From positions 77,977,929 through 78,041,928 of the forward strand of contig NC_057719.1 of the NCBI RefSeq assembly GCF_004010195.1: a stretch of 64,000 bases of DNA. The letters run 5' to 3'. Both the position numbers and the translations under genes were made by a program. This DNA is from Chiloscyllium plagiosum (taxonomy: Eukaryota). Below the pieces are notes generated by a model, which ran no database searches, was not told the DNA's origin, and saw only the letters and a list, made by a program, of their open reading frames with translations. Position 1 is the first letter of the stretch. Each line of letters begins with the position of its first letter. This document shows, in pieces, positions 38,476 through 50,795 of this stretch.

Positions 38476-40699
38476 GTAAGATTCCAGGTTCTAACTTCCT
38501 GAAGTGTTCTTTTTCTCCTAACCCACACTATATCACCAGGCTAATGCTGCATGTACCTGAAGACTACCAGTCATTGGGATCCCTATCCCCGTTTTTCTCT
38601 CTTTTGCTGATTTCCTAAAAGAATTTTGGAATCAACAAAAGGAGAAATGGTTGGTTCAGATGAGTGTAATTGTGCAAGATGTGTGTTCTGATGCCAGATA
38701 AAATATATTTGTGACCTGCTTGTCTTAAGCACATGAAGCAACAGCCATGACCATTTATTTGTATGAATTAACTGTTACAACCAGATTCAATGACACACTA
38801 AATCATATGATATAAATGAAATCTTACATTCTCGAAACAGGGTTCTCTGTGTTATGTAACTGAGTATTAGGCACCAATAGTTGACACACACAATTTCACT
38901 GTAATATTAGCAATCAATTTAGTGGATTATTTGTGGAAAAGTTTTCTTCCTTGTTTTAGGCTCTCTTATTCTTTAAAGCATCTTTACTTCCTAGTTTGAG
39001 AGTTGAAGGAAATAGGATACTTTGCTATGAGACTATCACAAAATTAGCATGGAAGTGGAGGTCCTTTGGCTTTGTAGCCTCACTTATAGATTTTTCAAAA
39101 AACTATCATTCTTCTGCCTCTTCTGATTCCTAGATCCAGTATTCTGAAGAAGTAGTAAGGAATTTTACCTACTTTTGGTCACAGTGTGAAGAACTTTCTA
39201 TTATTTTATCCCCTTTGTTGTCTTGCTCATTGTTCATCACACTCTTGAAGTAGTTTTTCACTTTTGTTGTTGGTCTTGGTGTTTTATGATGCATTTTATT
39301 TAGTGTACCTTATTAAAAAGATAAGAAGTTAGCTTTCCTGCAACAATGTGGGAAAATTATGTAAAAAAATTGTGGAACTGCTTCCAACAACTGCAAACAG
39401 TCTTCTTGTGGAATAAACTTTAAACCTCATTTAAAATGTACCAGAGCACACTGTAAGAATAAAGATGCTTATTCCTTCCACTTTCTTTCTGCTTCCAGTT
39501 CCCCTCTGTTCCATTACTATAAAGCATTGAAATCCAACCTAAATTCCAAAGCTGCTGTTGGTGTAGATTAACAGAATCTACTGTATGCCGTGCCTGCACC
39601 TGCGTTGTTTTTGTTGGCAATGCTATGAGGCTGTATTGCCACATACCAGACACCTCAGAGACAGTCTTTTCATATTATCCTGATGAATGAGAATAGAAAA
39701 GATTGCTGTACATTTGTTGATGTCTAATGAAATCTGCCTCCTTTTATTCTTTTTGTCAATGCAATGCTCTTTACAGAGAGTTCCAGCTTTATCGCAGCTA
39801 TGAAATTTGCAGATTTGGAAAATCTCCTTGGCATTTAGATTTTTTTTAAAATCTAGAAACTTCAGTATTATAGGTTCTTCTTTTATTTTTCTTTTAAAAT
39901 GAAATTTCCCACAGTTGCTTTTTATATCTCTGGTGGATTGTCAGGTGGTTGATTATGTTCCTTGGAAAAACATTCTCACAGCAACAAACACTTCCCTTAT
40001 CAAGAAGTGTCATCTAGTCTTTGGGACATCAGTATGACTCTGTTTGATGTGTTGATCGTAGTGTAACCAGTTTGATGCATGGGCTTCATAGTGTGATTTG
40101 TGAATGACATCAAGGCATTTTACTTAACGACTGGCAGCTGCTTAAATTAGGTGTAAATAAAAGTGTTTTGGGAAAATCACCAACATTTAGATATCTGGCT
40201 ATCAACTCATAAGTATTCTGCCTTCTTTATATATCCATGTTTCTATCCCACATGCACACTTTACAGTAGTGGGGAAAACGTTGCTATCATGATGATGTCA
40301 CTAGTTTAGTCATCTAGAAGCCCAGGTGAATGTCATAGTAACATGGGTTAAAATCCTACCATGGCTGCTACAGAACCTTAAACTCAATTAATAAAGCATT
40401 TTGGAATATAAAGTTAGTATCAGTAATAGCAGCTTTCCTTGGAGAAGAAAATATTTTATGCTTACACAGTCCTGCCTACATGTGGTTCGAGATCCACAGT
40501 TGACTTGATTGACTCTGAAATGTCGGATACAGTTTTCAGCTGTGAGAACTGTCAATGTGTTGTGAAACTTTGTACAAAGGTTGTGAAAAATCAATGTAAA
40601 ACAAAAATTATTTTATTGTAAACAATATTCAACAAAATTATAATTCGTAAAGTTCATGAAAATTAATCATCAAATTAAATACATGATATCAGTCTTTTA

Positions 40700-41530
40700 A
40701 GACCATAAGAAATAGTAACAGGAGTAGGCTGAGCAGTCCATTGAGGCTGTTCAAGGATCATAGATGTTCAAGGATCATAGCTGATCTGACATTCCTCATG
40801 TTCACTTTCCTGCATTTTCCCTGTAACCCTGATTCCCCGATCAAGGATCCATCTCTGCCTTAAAAATACACAAGAACTCTGTCCCCACAGCGCTCTGTGG
40901 GAACGAGTTCCAAAGACTCTTAACCCCTGAGAGAAGAAATTCATCCTCATCTCCATCATAAATTGACACCTCTTTATTCTGAGACAATGCCTTCTGGTCT
41001 TAGATTCTCCCATATTAGCATTTACCTGTCATGACTCTTAAGAATCCTATATGTTCCAATGAGCTCACTTCTTATTTTTCTATTCTGCAGTGAGTAAAAT
41101 GTCCCACATGTTTCACCTTTGTTTGTAAGACAGTCCCTCCATAGCAGGATTCATCCTGGTGAACCTTCTCTGAACTGCCTTCAGTGAAAAAATACTTTTC
41201 CTTAAGTAAAGGGACCAAAATGCTCCAGATGTGATTTCACTGTGTACAGTTGTAGTAAAGCTTCCCTATTCTTGTACCTTAAAACCTCCTTGAAATAAGA
41301 ACCAATAATCAGTTAGTCTTTTTGATTACCTGCTGCACCTGTGTGCTCGCTTTGTATTTTGTGCAGAAATGCCTCAGAAACCCCTTTTCATTGCAGCTTT
41401 CTGAAGCTTTTCTCCATTTAAAAAGTACTGTTCTTTCATTCTCCATTCCAAAATGAATAATTTCACATTATACTCCGTTTGCCAACTTATAGCCCACTTG
41501 CTTGACCTATCAATGTCTCTCTCTAAGGTT
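40700..41530 (-). mobile_element. CR1 LINE 3' portion
   Basis: ORF 40768-41013 on the minus strand (GESKTRRHCLRIKRCQF..EMRMNFFSQ) is the CR1 ORF2 C-terminus. Confidence 0.8.
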
Positions 41531-41531
41531 T

Positions 41532-41866
41532 GCGGCAGCACGGTGGCACAGTGGTTAGCACTGCAGCTTCACAGCGCCAGGGACCCGAGTTCAATTCTCA
41601 CCTCAGGCAACTGTCTGTGTGGAGTTTGCACATTCTCTCCGTGTCTGCATGGGTTTCCTCCGGGTGCTCCGGTTTCCTCCCACAGTCCAAAAATGTGCAG
41701 ATTAGGTGAATTGGCCATGCTAAATTGCCCGTAGTGTTAGGTGAAGAGGTAAATGTAGGGGAATGGGTCTGGGTGGGTTGTTCTTTGGAGGGTCGGTGTG
41801 GACTTGTTGGGTCGAAGGGCCTATTTCCATACTGTAAGTAATCTAATCTAATCTAATCTAATCTAA
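41532..41866 (+). mobile_element. HE1 V-SINE, full length, (taatc)n tail
   Basis: gcggcagcacggtggcacagtggttagcactgc head, V-domain and taatctaatc tail. Confidence 0.9.
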
Positions 41867-41873
41867 ACTGTTT

Positions 41874-42579
41874 NNNNNNNNNNNNNNNNNNNNNNNNNNN
41901 NNNNNNNNNNNNNNNNNNNNNNNNNNNNNNNNNNNNNNNNNNNNNNNNNNNNNNNNNNNNNNNNNNNNNNNNNNNNNNNNNNNNNNNNNNNNNNNNNNNN
42001 NNNNNNNNNNNNNNNNNNNNNNNNNNNNNNNNNNNNNNNNNNNNNNNNNNNNNNNNNNNNNNNNNNNNNNNNNNNNNNNNNNNNNNNNNNNNNNNNNNNN
42101 NNNNNNNNNNNNNNNNNNNNNNNNNNNNNNNNNNNNNNNNNNNNNNNNNNNNNNNNNNNNNNNNNNNNNNNNNNNNNNNNNNNNNNNNNNNNNNNNNNNN
42201 NNNNNNNNNNNNNNNNNNNNNNNNNNNNNNNNNNNNNNNNNNNNNNNNNNNNNNNNNNNNNNNNNNNNNNNNNNNNNNNNNNNNNNNNNNNNNNNNNNNN
42301 NNNNNNNNNNNNNNNNNNNNNNNNNNNNNNNNNNNNNNNNNNNNNNNNNNNNNNNNNNNNNNNNNNNNNNNNNNNNNNNNNNNNNNNNNNNNNNNNNNNN
42401 NNNNNNNNNNNNNNNNNNNNNNNNNNNNNNNNNNNNNNNNNNNNNNNNNNNNNNNNNNNNNNNNNNNNNNNNNNNNNNNNNNNNNNNNNNNNNNNNNNNN
42501 NNNNNNNNNNNNNNNNNNNNNNNNNNNNNNNNNNNNNNNNNNNNNNNNNNNNNNNNNNNNNNNNNNNNNNNNNNNNNNN
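41874..42579. other. Assembly gap (706 N)
   Basis: Run of n. Confidence 1.
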
Positions 42580-42968
42580 ACCCTCCAACCACGAGGGATG
42601 AATGCAGATTTCTCCAGCTCCCTCATTTCCCCTCCTCCCACCTTATCTCAGTCCCAACCCTCGGACTCAGCACCGCCTTCTTGACCTGCAATCTTCTTCC
42701 TGACCTCTCCGCCCCCACCCTCTCTCCGGCCTATCACCCTCACCTTAACCTCCTTCCACCTATTGCATTCCTAACACCCCTCCCCCAAGTCCCTCCTCCC
42801 TACCTTTCATCTTAGCCTGCTTGGCACACCTTCCTCATTCCTGAAGAAGGGCTTATGCCCGAAACGTCGATTCTCCTGCTCCTTGGATACTGCCTGATCT
42901 GCTGCGCATTTCCAGCAACACATTTTTCAGCTCTGATCTCCAGCATCTGCAGTCCTCACTTTTTCCTT
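42580..42968 (+). mobile_element. PLE 3' end with pLTR and hammerhead motif (42841-42868)
   Basis: LQPRGMNADFSSSLIS matches the GIY-YIG end at 61475-61520, followed by a C-rich 3' UTR and ctgaagaagggcttatgcccgaaacgtc. Confidence 0.85.
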
Positions 42969-42969
42969 T

Positions 42970-44160
42970 TTGTGAAGTACCTTGTTGAGCGCGTTCAGGA
43001 AGTCAACACATCTACTGGTTCCCAATTCAGCTTGAGATTTCCTCAAAAAACTTTAATTATTTTATCAGACGTGCTTTCCCTTTCATGAAGCCATGCTGAC
43101 TCTGCTTGATGAGATGATTATTTTCTAAATTTTCTGCTATTACATCCTTAATAATTAGCACATTAGCAGTTTTCCAATCCTCTGGTACTTTTACAGAATC
43201 CAGTGAGTTTTGCAAAATTACAACCAATGCATCCACTATCTCTAAGGACTTCTTTCAGGGTCCTCGGATGCAAACCATCAAGGGTCAGCGGACTTATCTG
43301 CTTTCGTCCCTTTCGTTTGTCTAATACTACCTCTCCAGTGTTGGTGATGGTACTTAATTCCTCGCCTATATTCTCTAGAATGAGTAAGATGTTCAAAGAA
43401 TCTTCACTGTAAAGACTGGTGCAAAATATCTGATTAACTTCTCTGCCATTTCCTTCCTCCCTAAAACTATTTTTCTCATCATATTTTTATGAGACCTATG
43501 TTCACTTGACCTCGCTCTTCCTTTCATGTATTTAAAAAAGCTCCTGTTGCAAATTTTTATATTCTTCACAAGTTGCCCTCGTAAGTTATTTATTTTGATA
43601 TTTTGTTATCTTTTGCTGGCTTCTGAATTTATCCCAGTCTTCGGGACTGTCAGTGGCTTTTGCTTCCTTATGCTTGTTCCTTCAACTTTATACTCTCCTT
43701 AGTTTCCTTGGTTAGCCATGGTTGGTTTATCCCACTCTTGGAATCTTTCCTCCTTATTGGGATATGTTTTTGCTGAGAGTCATGAATTACTTTCTTACAT
43801 CTACCACTGTTTGCTTACAGTCTTTCTGCCCAGTCCACTTCAGCTAACTATATCCTCGTTTCATTATAATGACCTTTATTTACACTTGAGCATCATTTGT
43901 TTCTGACTAAAGATTCTCATTTTCAAACTGATTATTAAATTCTATCATGTCATGATCACTACTTCCTTGGGATCTTTGAGGTCATTTATTAAATCTGTCT
44001 CATTGCCAGTTACCAGATCCAGGATAGCCGCCTTGGTCGGTTCCATAACACATTGCACTAGGAAAGTATCCCTAATGCACTCTATGAATTTGTTGTCATA
44101 ACTATCTTTCCCAACTTGATTGACCCAATCAATAAGAAGATTAAAGTTGACCATAATTGT
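42970..44160 (-). mobile_element. CR1 LINE ORF2 fragment (endonuclease to RT)
   Basis: Minus-strand peptides FIECIRDTFLVQCVMEPTKAAILDLV and DGLHPRTLKEV. Confidence 0.8.
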
Positions 44161-45656
44161 TTTTTTTTACATATTCATATTACTTGTTGATTTATATCTT
44201 TTCTGATAGCATGGCTTTAATTCTAACATGTGAACATGCTAAACACACGTGGCCAAAAGGTAAAGTTAAAATGATGTGAAAAATTGGGTGTGCTGTGGAA
44301 TTGTTTATCTCATTGAAGTATGCTCTGTTACTGAAAAGACTGGGAAACATTGATATGGTAAACCACACTATATCAAGGAAAATGGGCATGAAATGCTGAC
44401 CTTGCTAGAACATTCTCAATTGCATGACAGACAAATTCTGGATGAAGGATTAAAAAAAAGAATTTAGTTAAGTTCTAACAACTGTAACAAAAAAAAAATT
44501 GAAGAGTTGCCTCTTTCTTTGTCTAATGATATATTTTACTATGGATGTAATCATGTACTTAAAATTTTAATGATAAAACTGCTCTCATTTTAAGAGCTGG
44601 TAGCAAAAAGGTAAACTTGGTTAAACTTTCATTTTGAAAATGAGAACTTATTTTAATACTCAGAACAAGTATCAATTCATTTGACTGCTCAATATGAGCT
44701 GTGATTTCCTAATTTCAGTACCTGCCTCCCCGCTAAAAACTGCTCTCCAGAGATCAACCAATGTAGTATGACTATCAGTTAACACTGATCATGAGTAAAA
44801 TACTTTAGCATTGCTGCAACTGATTGTTTTGTCAATATTCTCAATATTAGCTAATGAGGGAAGTTGAATCCCTTAGAATGTGTTTACTTTTATATCATGC
44901 AGCAACAGAACATTCCGCAATCAACCAACTCCTTTTGTCTTAAGCAACTCTTTGCCAAAGAATTAATCCAGAATTAATGGTGTAAATATTACTGTGCTAA
45001 GAATTGTAACCTGTTTAGTAAAAACAAACATGTTTGCACTGGATGTACCTGGATAAATTTGGATCACAAAGGATCATAAGTTTTATAATCCATAATAAAC
45101 TTCTGTATCCAGAAAGTTGCATAATTAGTAAAGCTAATAAACAGGATCAGTTTCAAGAAAAATGAAAGAGCTTATGCATCAACAGTGGCCCGTTAACTAT
45201 ATAAAAGAAAGAGTGCTTTTCTTTTACTGTTGTCAAAACTTGGCAACTTCAGCTAATAAATTGGTGCTATTATATGTCAAAGCAAATGTCTATTAATATT
45301 CTATTAAACATACTTCTACATTGATGAATTGTTGTATCAGACATCTTTTCTACAGCAAGAGAAAGAGTTGCTTCTATGCTCTGATGTCTTCCAAGTTCTG
45401 TGTACTATCCAATATACCCATAACTGAATCTTTGACCTGAGTTACTCTTAGACAGAATTTGCATAATACTGCCTGACTCTGGTACTAGAATGGGAAAGAG
45501 AGTGTGGTTTTAGAGATGGAACCCCAGTACATAATGATTTAGTCTTTGCAAAATATTCTTTATTTTAAAAAAGCTCAAAGTACATTTTAAATTGGACGTT
45601 ATAGAAAATACAATATATGACCATTTTTGTCTTCTGATCATGTTGCAATCTTAAGT

Positions 45657-45930
45657 TGAACCCGCGCCTGAGACCCGGGTTCAATTCCCGCCTCAGGCGA
45701 CTGACTGTGTGGAGTTTGCACGTTCTCCCCGTGTCTGCGTGGGTTTCCTCCGGGTGCTCCGGTTTCCTCCCACAGTCCAAAAGATGTGCAGGGTCAGGTG
45801 AATTGGCCATGCTAAATTGCCCGTAGTGTTAGGTAAGGGGTAAATGTAGGGGTATGGGTGGGTTTCGCTTCGGCGGGTCGGTGTGGACTTGTTGGGCCGA
45901 AGGGCCTGTTTCCACACTGTAATGTAATCT
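45657..45930 (+). mobile_element. HE1 V-SINE, 5'-truncated
   Basis: Near-identical to 53111-53432. 10-bp TSD aatcttaagt at 45647-45656 and 45931-45940. Confidence 0.9.
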
Positions 45931-46663
45931 AATCTTAAGTGTTGCAACTGAATTCCAACGTTTGACGTTTTATTATATGCATTTACTGACAAGTTTACAG
46001 TCTGAAGGGTTGTATAAGTTGTCATTCTTCAATGCCCGATGGTTGAAAGGCCTCAGAGTGGCTTTTCACTGATAGCATCTTTGCAGTGTTGCCCTAAGCT
46101 TTAGTGCATACCTCAGCATATAGTCCTAGACTTTGGAATGTATTGATCATCAACACTCGATCAATGACCAAAATGCATCTTTTATTGAATTGTAAGTCTT
46201 TCAGCAGCAGTTGAATTTTGTCTCTGTTTGCATCTCTGGGCATAGAGCACAGATTCTGCATGAATAATCTGAGAGGGAATGTCCTCCTCACCATCAGCAA
46301 AGCTGAATCGTGTTGCTTGTTTGAAAATTTTGGTGATGACGTATTTTGCCAAATGACTTGACAGTCTGTTCAGGAGACGAACCAGAAGGATCAGCCACTC
46401 CTCTTTTTCCAAGGCATTCAGGACACATGCTGACCACTGTGATTTAAAAATCTACGCATACATATGCAGCTAAATTACTATGTGTAAATTCTAAACTGTA
46501 AGTACTTTTATGTTTTATCGTTTAACAGGATCCTTACAAATTCTATTCTATGACAAAAGAAAGAATGAAGGAGTGTGAAGCAATCTTAAATAGCAGATCA
46601 AATACATTCTTGATTTTTTTGGAATACTTTTGGATTATCCCTTTAAGTTACATGTATAGTATG

Positions 46664-47444
46664 TGTTACAACATGGTGTTGAGCCCTTCTGTTAATTAAA
46701 CCAAACACCCAGAAAAGCGCTCCTCGCCTCATAATCTGCTAAAATATGAATGACAGAGAACACCCAAATTCCACTATTTAAAGAAAATAAAATCAATTTA
46801 TTCTTTAACTCTAACTCTAAAAATGAACACTAACTGACTATTCACAATTCTAAGCCCCCTTTTCTCTTAACTGCTTATTATCTGCCTCCACCTCAATAAT
46901 ATACTGTTCCCATAAAACACTTATTAAAATTACATCAACTTAATTTCAAAACCATACTGCGGCTGTCGTTTTCTATGTCTTTCTTCTTCTGGCTGAATAT
47001 CTGCCTGGGTCATTTTCTTTCATTTTACTGTGAAGATGTTTCATATGAAAAGGTACCTTTAATAGAGAGATGTTTCATATGAAAAGGTACCTTTAATAGA
47101 GAGTGTTCCTAATTTCTTGGGTCTGTCTTGATGGCAGTTGCTCTATCCAATTTTCAAAATGTCTGCCTTTTTTATATCTCCAACATCGAATCGTCTCATT
47201 GGTTTGATGTTGACAAAATAATAAATTCAAATTCGATTGGGTTTTAGTATCCTGGGGCATAATTTAAACTGGTTAAATTTGAATTATTTTTATAACCGCA
47301 ACCAACTCAGGTATCTATTTTACAGCCAAATGTTAGCTATTTTCAATTTTCCAATGCACCCTGAGACTGTTCTTGTAACCCCTCAGTGCAGAACAGTATT
47401 CACTCTCTGTTAAAGGTACAGTATATGCCTTCAACTTCATAATA
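46664..47444 (-). mobile_element. Putative solo LTR (Gypsy-like)
   Basis: Termini tgtta...taata (one change from TGTTA...TAACA) and 4-bp TSD tatg (46660-46663, 47445-47448). On the minus strand, tataaaaa near 47170 precedes aataaa near 46800. Confidence 0.6.
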
Positions 47445-48694
47445 TATGCTGAAATGAATTATATGCAATTACTACTTGTATAAATTATATACAATCCAGA
47501 TATCATACATGCTTAGGACTTGAATTTATGCTTCCAATTATTGTTTGTTTTTAGCTGGACTTGAAACATTAACTCTCTGCTTTCTGTGTATAGATACCAG
47601 CCTGGCTGACAATCTCCAGCAATTTCTGTTCTTTCAGATTCCCAACATCCACAGTTCCTCATTTTATTTAACCTATCCCCAGTATTTTGTCAAATATTTC
47701 TCTCTCATTCAAATCACAAAAGCAGGTTATCTGATCATTTTTGCATTGTGAGAGTTTACTGTGCGACTACTGCATCTCCTGCATTACAGAAGTGACTGCA
47801 CTTCAAACCACTCCATTGTGGAGTGTGGAGCATTCTTCATGAATTTTTTTTCACTTCAGCACAGTTGAATCCTATTGCTATCAGCAATAGATGGGAATAA
47901 CATATCAACCTTGCTAAATACATGAGTATAATATTGACATAATTCAATGGATTGTCAGGAATTTTGCTTGCATGGTAGTTTTGTCCAAGCATTTTCAAAA
48001 TGTGAGGAAGAGAGTTAACAATGCAGTGTCATCAGCTTTTGAGATATACATTATCAAATCATTGTGCAAGAGATAGCAGATTCATAAAAATGGAGTGTAT
48101 GCTATCAATATGCAAGTTTGTGATTAATTACTTGAAATTTTTAAACAAGCTCACAGGTAGTTTGTGACTTACATGCAGAGGAACAAAAACGTGCTACAGC
48201 ACATTGTTCATTTATAATTTAGTACTAAAATTTTAATATACTGGTCTCTATGCAGTCAACCTCGCACATTTCTCTTTTTAAAGTTTTGCTATGTGTATGG
48301 TTGCAGATGAGATAACAGTTTTGTGCAGTTGTAAATGTGTGCATTTACTAGTCATGGATGACTAGGTTGAATTTCATCCATTTGTATCTACTTTATGGAA
48401 ACTCTAATCACCTGTATGTATAACTATTCTGTGAAACTTGTGCCTACATATTGTCTGGTTAAATGTCAGATGGTATCATGCTTCCTATGCTTTGCATTTC
48501 TATTGGGAAGTACAGCTAGCTCATCAAAGCGAAGTCAAGAATGTGAGTCATCATGCATGACACTAGCAAGTCCTGTTGAATCTCTCTTGGTGAGAAAATG
48601 TTAATCAATGTGAAAGTGTAAAGTACATTTTTGGATACACAACATTGGAATGTTGAAGGGTTAAAAAATTATTTTTAACAATATATTTTTGCTG

Positions 48695-50175
48695 GGGTGG
48701 AAGAGTCCAGAACTAGGGGGCATAGGTTTAGGGTGAGAGGGAAAAATATTTTTTAAAAGGGACCAAAGGGGCAACTATTTCACGCAGAGGAAATGAGCTG
48801 CCAGAGGAAGTCATGGACGCTGGTACAATTACAACATCTAAAAGGCATCTGGATGGATATATGAATGGGAAGGGTTTAGAGGGATGTGGGCCAGGTGCCG
48901 GCAAATGGGACTAGATGAGGTTTGAACATCTGGTTGGTGTGGATGAGTTGGACCAAAGGGTAAGTTTCCATGCTGTACGTCTGTATGGTTCTATGACTCT
49001 GTGATAAAAATACAAACATGTAAAGATCCGTAGTAGACTGTTCAGCCCCTTGAACCTTGCATTTGGCTCTTCTGATTTTAACCTCAACTCTATATTCCTG
49101 CCCACCTGTGATGACTTTTCACCTGCGTAGAGTCGTAGAGTCATAGCGATATACAGCATAGAAACAGATCCTTTGGTCTAACTCGTTCATACTGACCAGA
49201 TATCCTAAATTAATCTAGTTCCATTTGCCTCCATTTGGCCCATATTCCTCCAAATCCTTCCTATTCATAATACCCACCCATATTTTAAATGTTGTAATTG
49301 TCCCAGCCTCCCCTTCCTTTGGCAGGTCATTCCATACACACACCACCCTATGTGTGAAAAAGTTGCCACCTGTTTAAAAAGAATCTATTCACATTTTTCT
49401 TAGAAATATTTAAAGATTGTGTTTCTACTGCATTATCAGGGAACGAATTCCACAAACTCATGATCTCTGCAATAAAATGTTTTACCTAATCTATGTTTTA
49501 AATAGGCAGCCCTTATATTTAAACAGTGATCTCAGTTCAAGACTCTCCCATAAGAGGAAACATCCACTGCAAATCCAACTTGTCAAGGCCCCTCAGGATC
49601 TTTTATATTTCAATCAAGTCATCTCTTACTCTTCTAACGTCCAGCCATTACAAACTAGCCTGTCAAACTAGTCCTCATAAGAAATCCCACACTTTCCAGG
49701 ATTAAGCTGATGAATCTTTTTTTGTTCTGCCTGCAGTGTTATAGTTATAGGTCCAACTAGTCCATGTTAAACATAAACCCAAACTAAACTGCTCCTGGCC
49801 CATATCCCTCCAAACCTTTTCTATTCGTGTACTTATCCAATTTTTTTAAATGTAGTAATTATGCCCACATCCATCATTTCCTCAGGAAACTCATTCTACA
49901 TGTGAGCCACCTCAGTGTAAAAAAAAAATTCCTCCTGTCTTATTTAAATCTCTCTCCTCTCACCTTAAAAATGTGCCCCCATGTCTTGAAAGACAACACC
50001 ATAAACTCTATCTATACCCCTTATTACTTTAATATAGTGTTGCCTCTCCATCTCCTACGCTTCAGTGAAAAAAATCCCAGCCTTTATAGCCTTTACTTAT
50101 AACGCAAACCTTCCATACTTGGCAACCTCCTGGTAAATTCTCTTGAACCCTCTCTAGCTTAGTAATATCCTTCGT
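48695..50175. mobile_element. Stack of CR1/HER1 3' ends (48695-49000 +; 49130-49370 -; 49740-50175 -; older CR1 pieces between)
   Basis: Repeated agaactagggggcatagg and catatccctccaaacc signatures with (ctatga) tails. Confidence 0.75.
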
Positions 50176-50478
50176 GTGATGGTTGTTTTCAACTTAGCAA
50201 CATGCAAACGTCTTAGATTGTACTTGGCTTGAATTTATATAAAATGCCCTAATAACAATGTATGCGACAAGATGCTCAGACTTGTTAACGTTGACGATTT
50301 ACCATAAGGCTAATTACCTGACACAATTTTTAACCTTTACAATCTTCATAAAAGAGAAATGAAGCAAACATCAAAACTTGGCAGGCGAGAAGGAAGAGAT
50401 GACCAAAATGTTTGCATCTTGCCTTTAAGAAGGTGACCAGTACTGTAAACAGATTTCAGATGTAGTCACAGGATAACT

Positions 50479-50795
50479 GGGCGGCATGGTGGCACAGTGG
50501 TTAGCACTGCTTCCTCACAGCGCCAGAGACCCGGATTCAATTCCCGCCTCAGGCGACTGACTGTGTGGAGTTTGCAAGTTCTCCCCATGTCTGCATGGGT
50601 TTCCTTCGGGTGCTCCGGTTTCCTCCCACAGTCCAAAGATGTGCGGGTCAGGTGAATTGGCCATGCTAAATTGCCTGTAGTGTTTGGTAAGGGGTACATG
50701 TAGGGGTATGGGTGGGTTGCGCTTCGGCGGGGCGGTATGGACTTGTTGGGCCGAAGGGCCTGTTTCCACACTGTAAGTAATCTAATCTAATCTAA
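50479..50795 (+). mobile_element. HE1 V-SINE, full length
   Basis: Head, V-domain and (taatc)n tail; taactg on both flanks. Confidence 0.9.

Noticed and set aside
41853..42641. Three long ORFs
   Set aside because: Artefacts of the N gap.
48516..48541. 27-nt microexon candidate (tacag|ctagctcatcaaagcgaagtcaagaat|gtgagt) with a downstream tgcatg
   Set aside because: In the intron's phase 2 it reads AAC TAG (stop), and the acceptor is weak; unsupported without RNA data.
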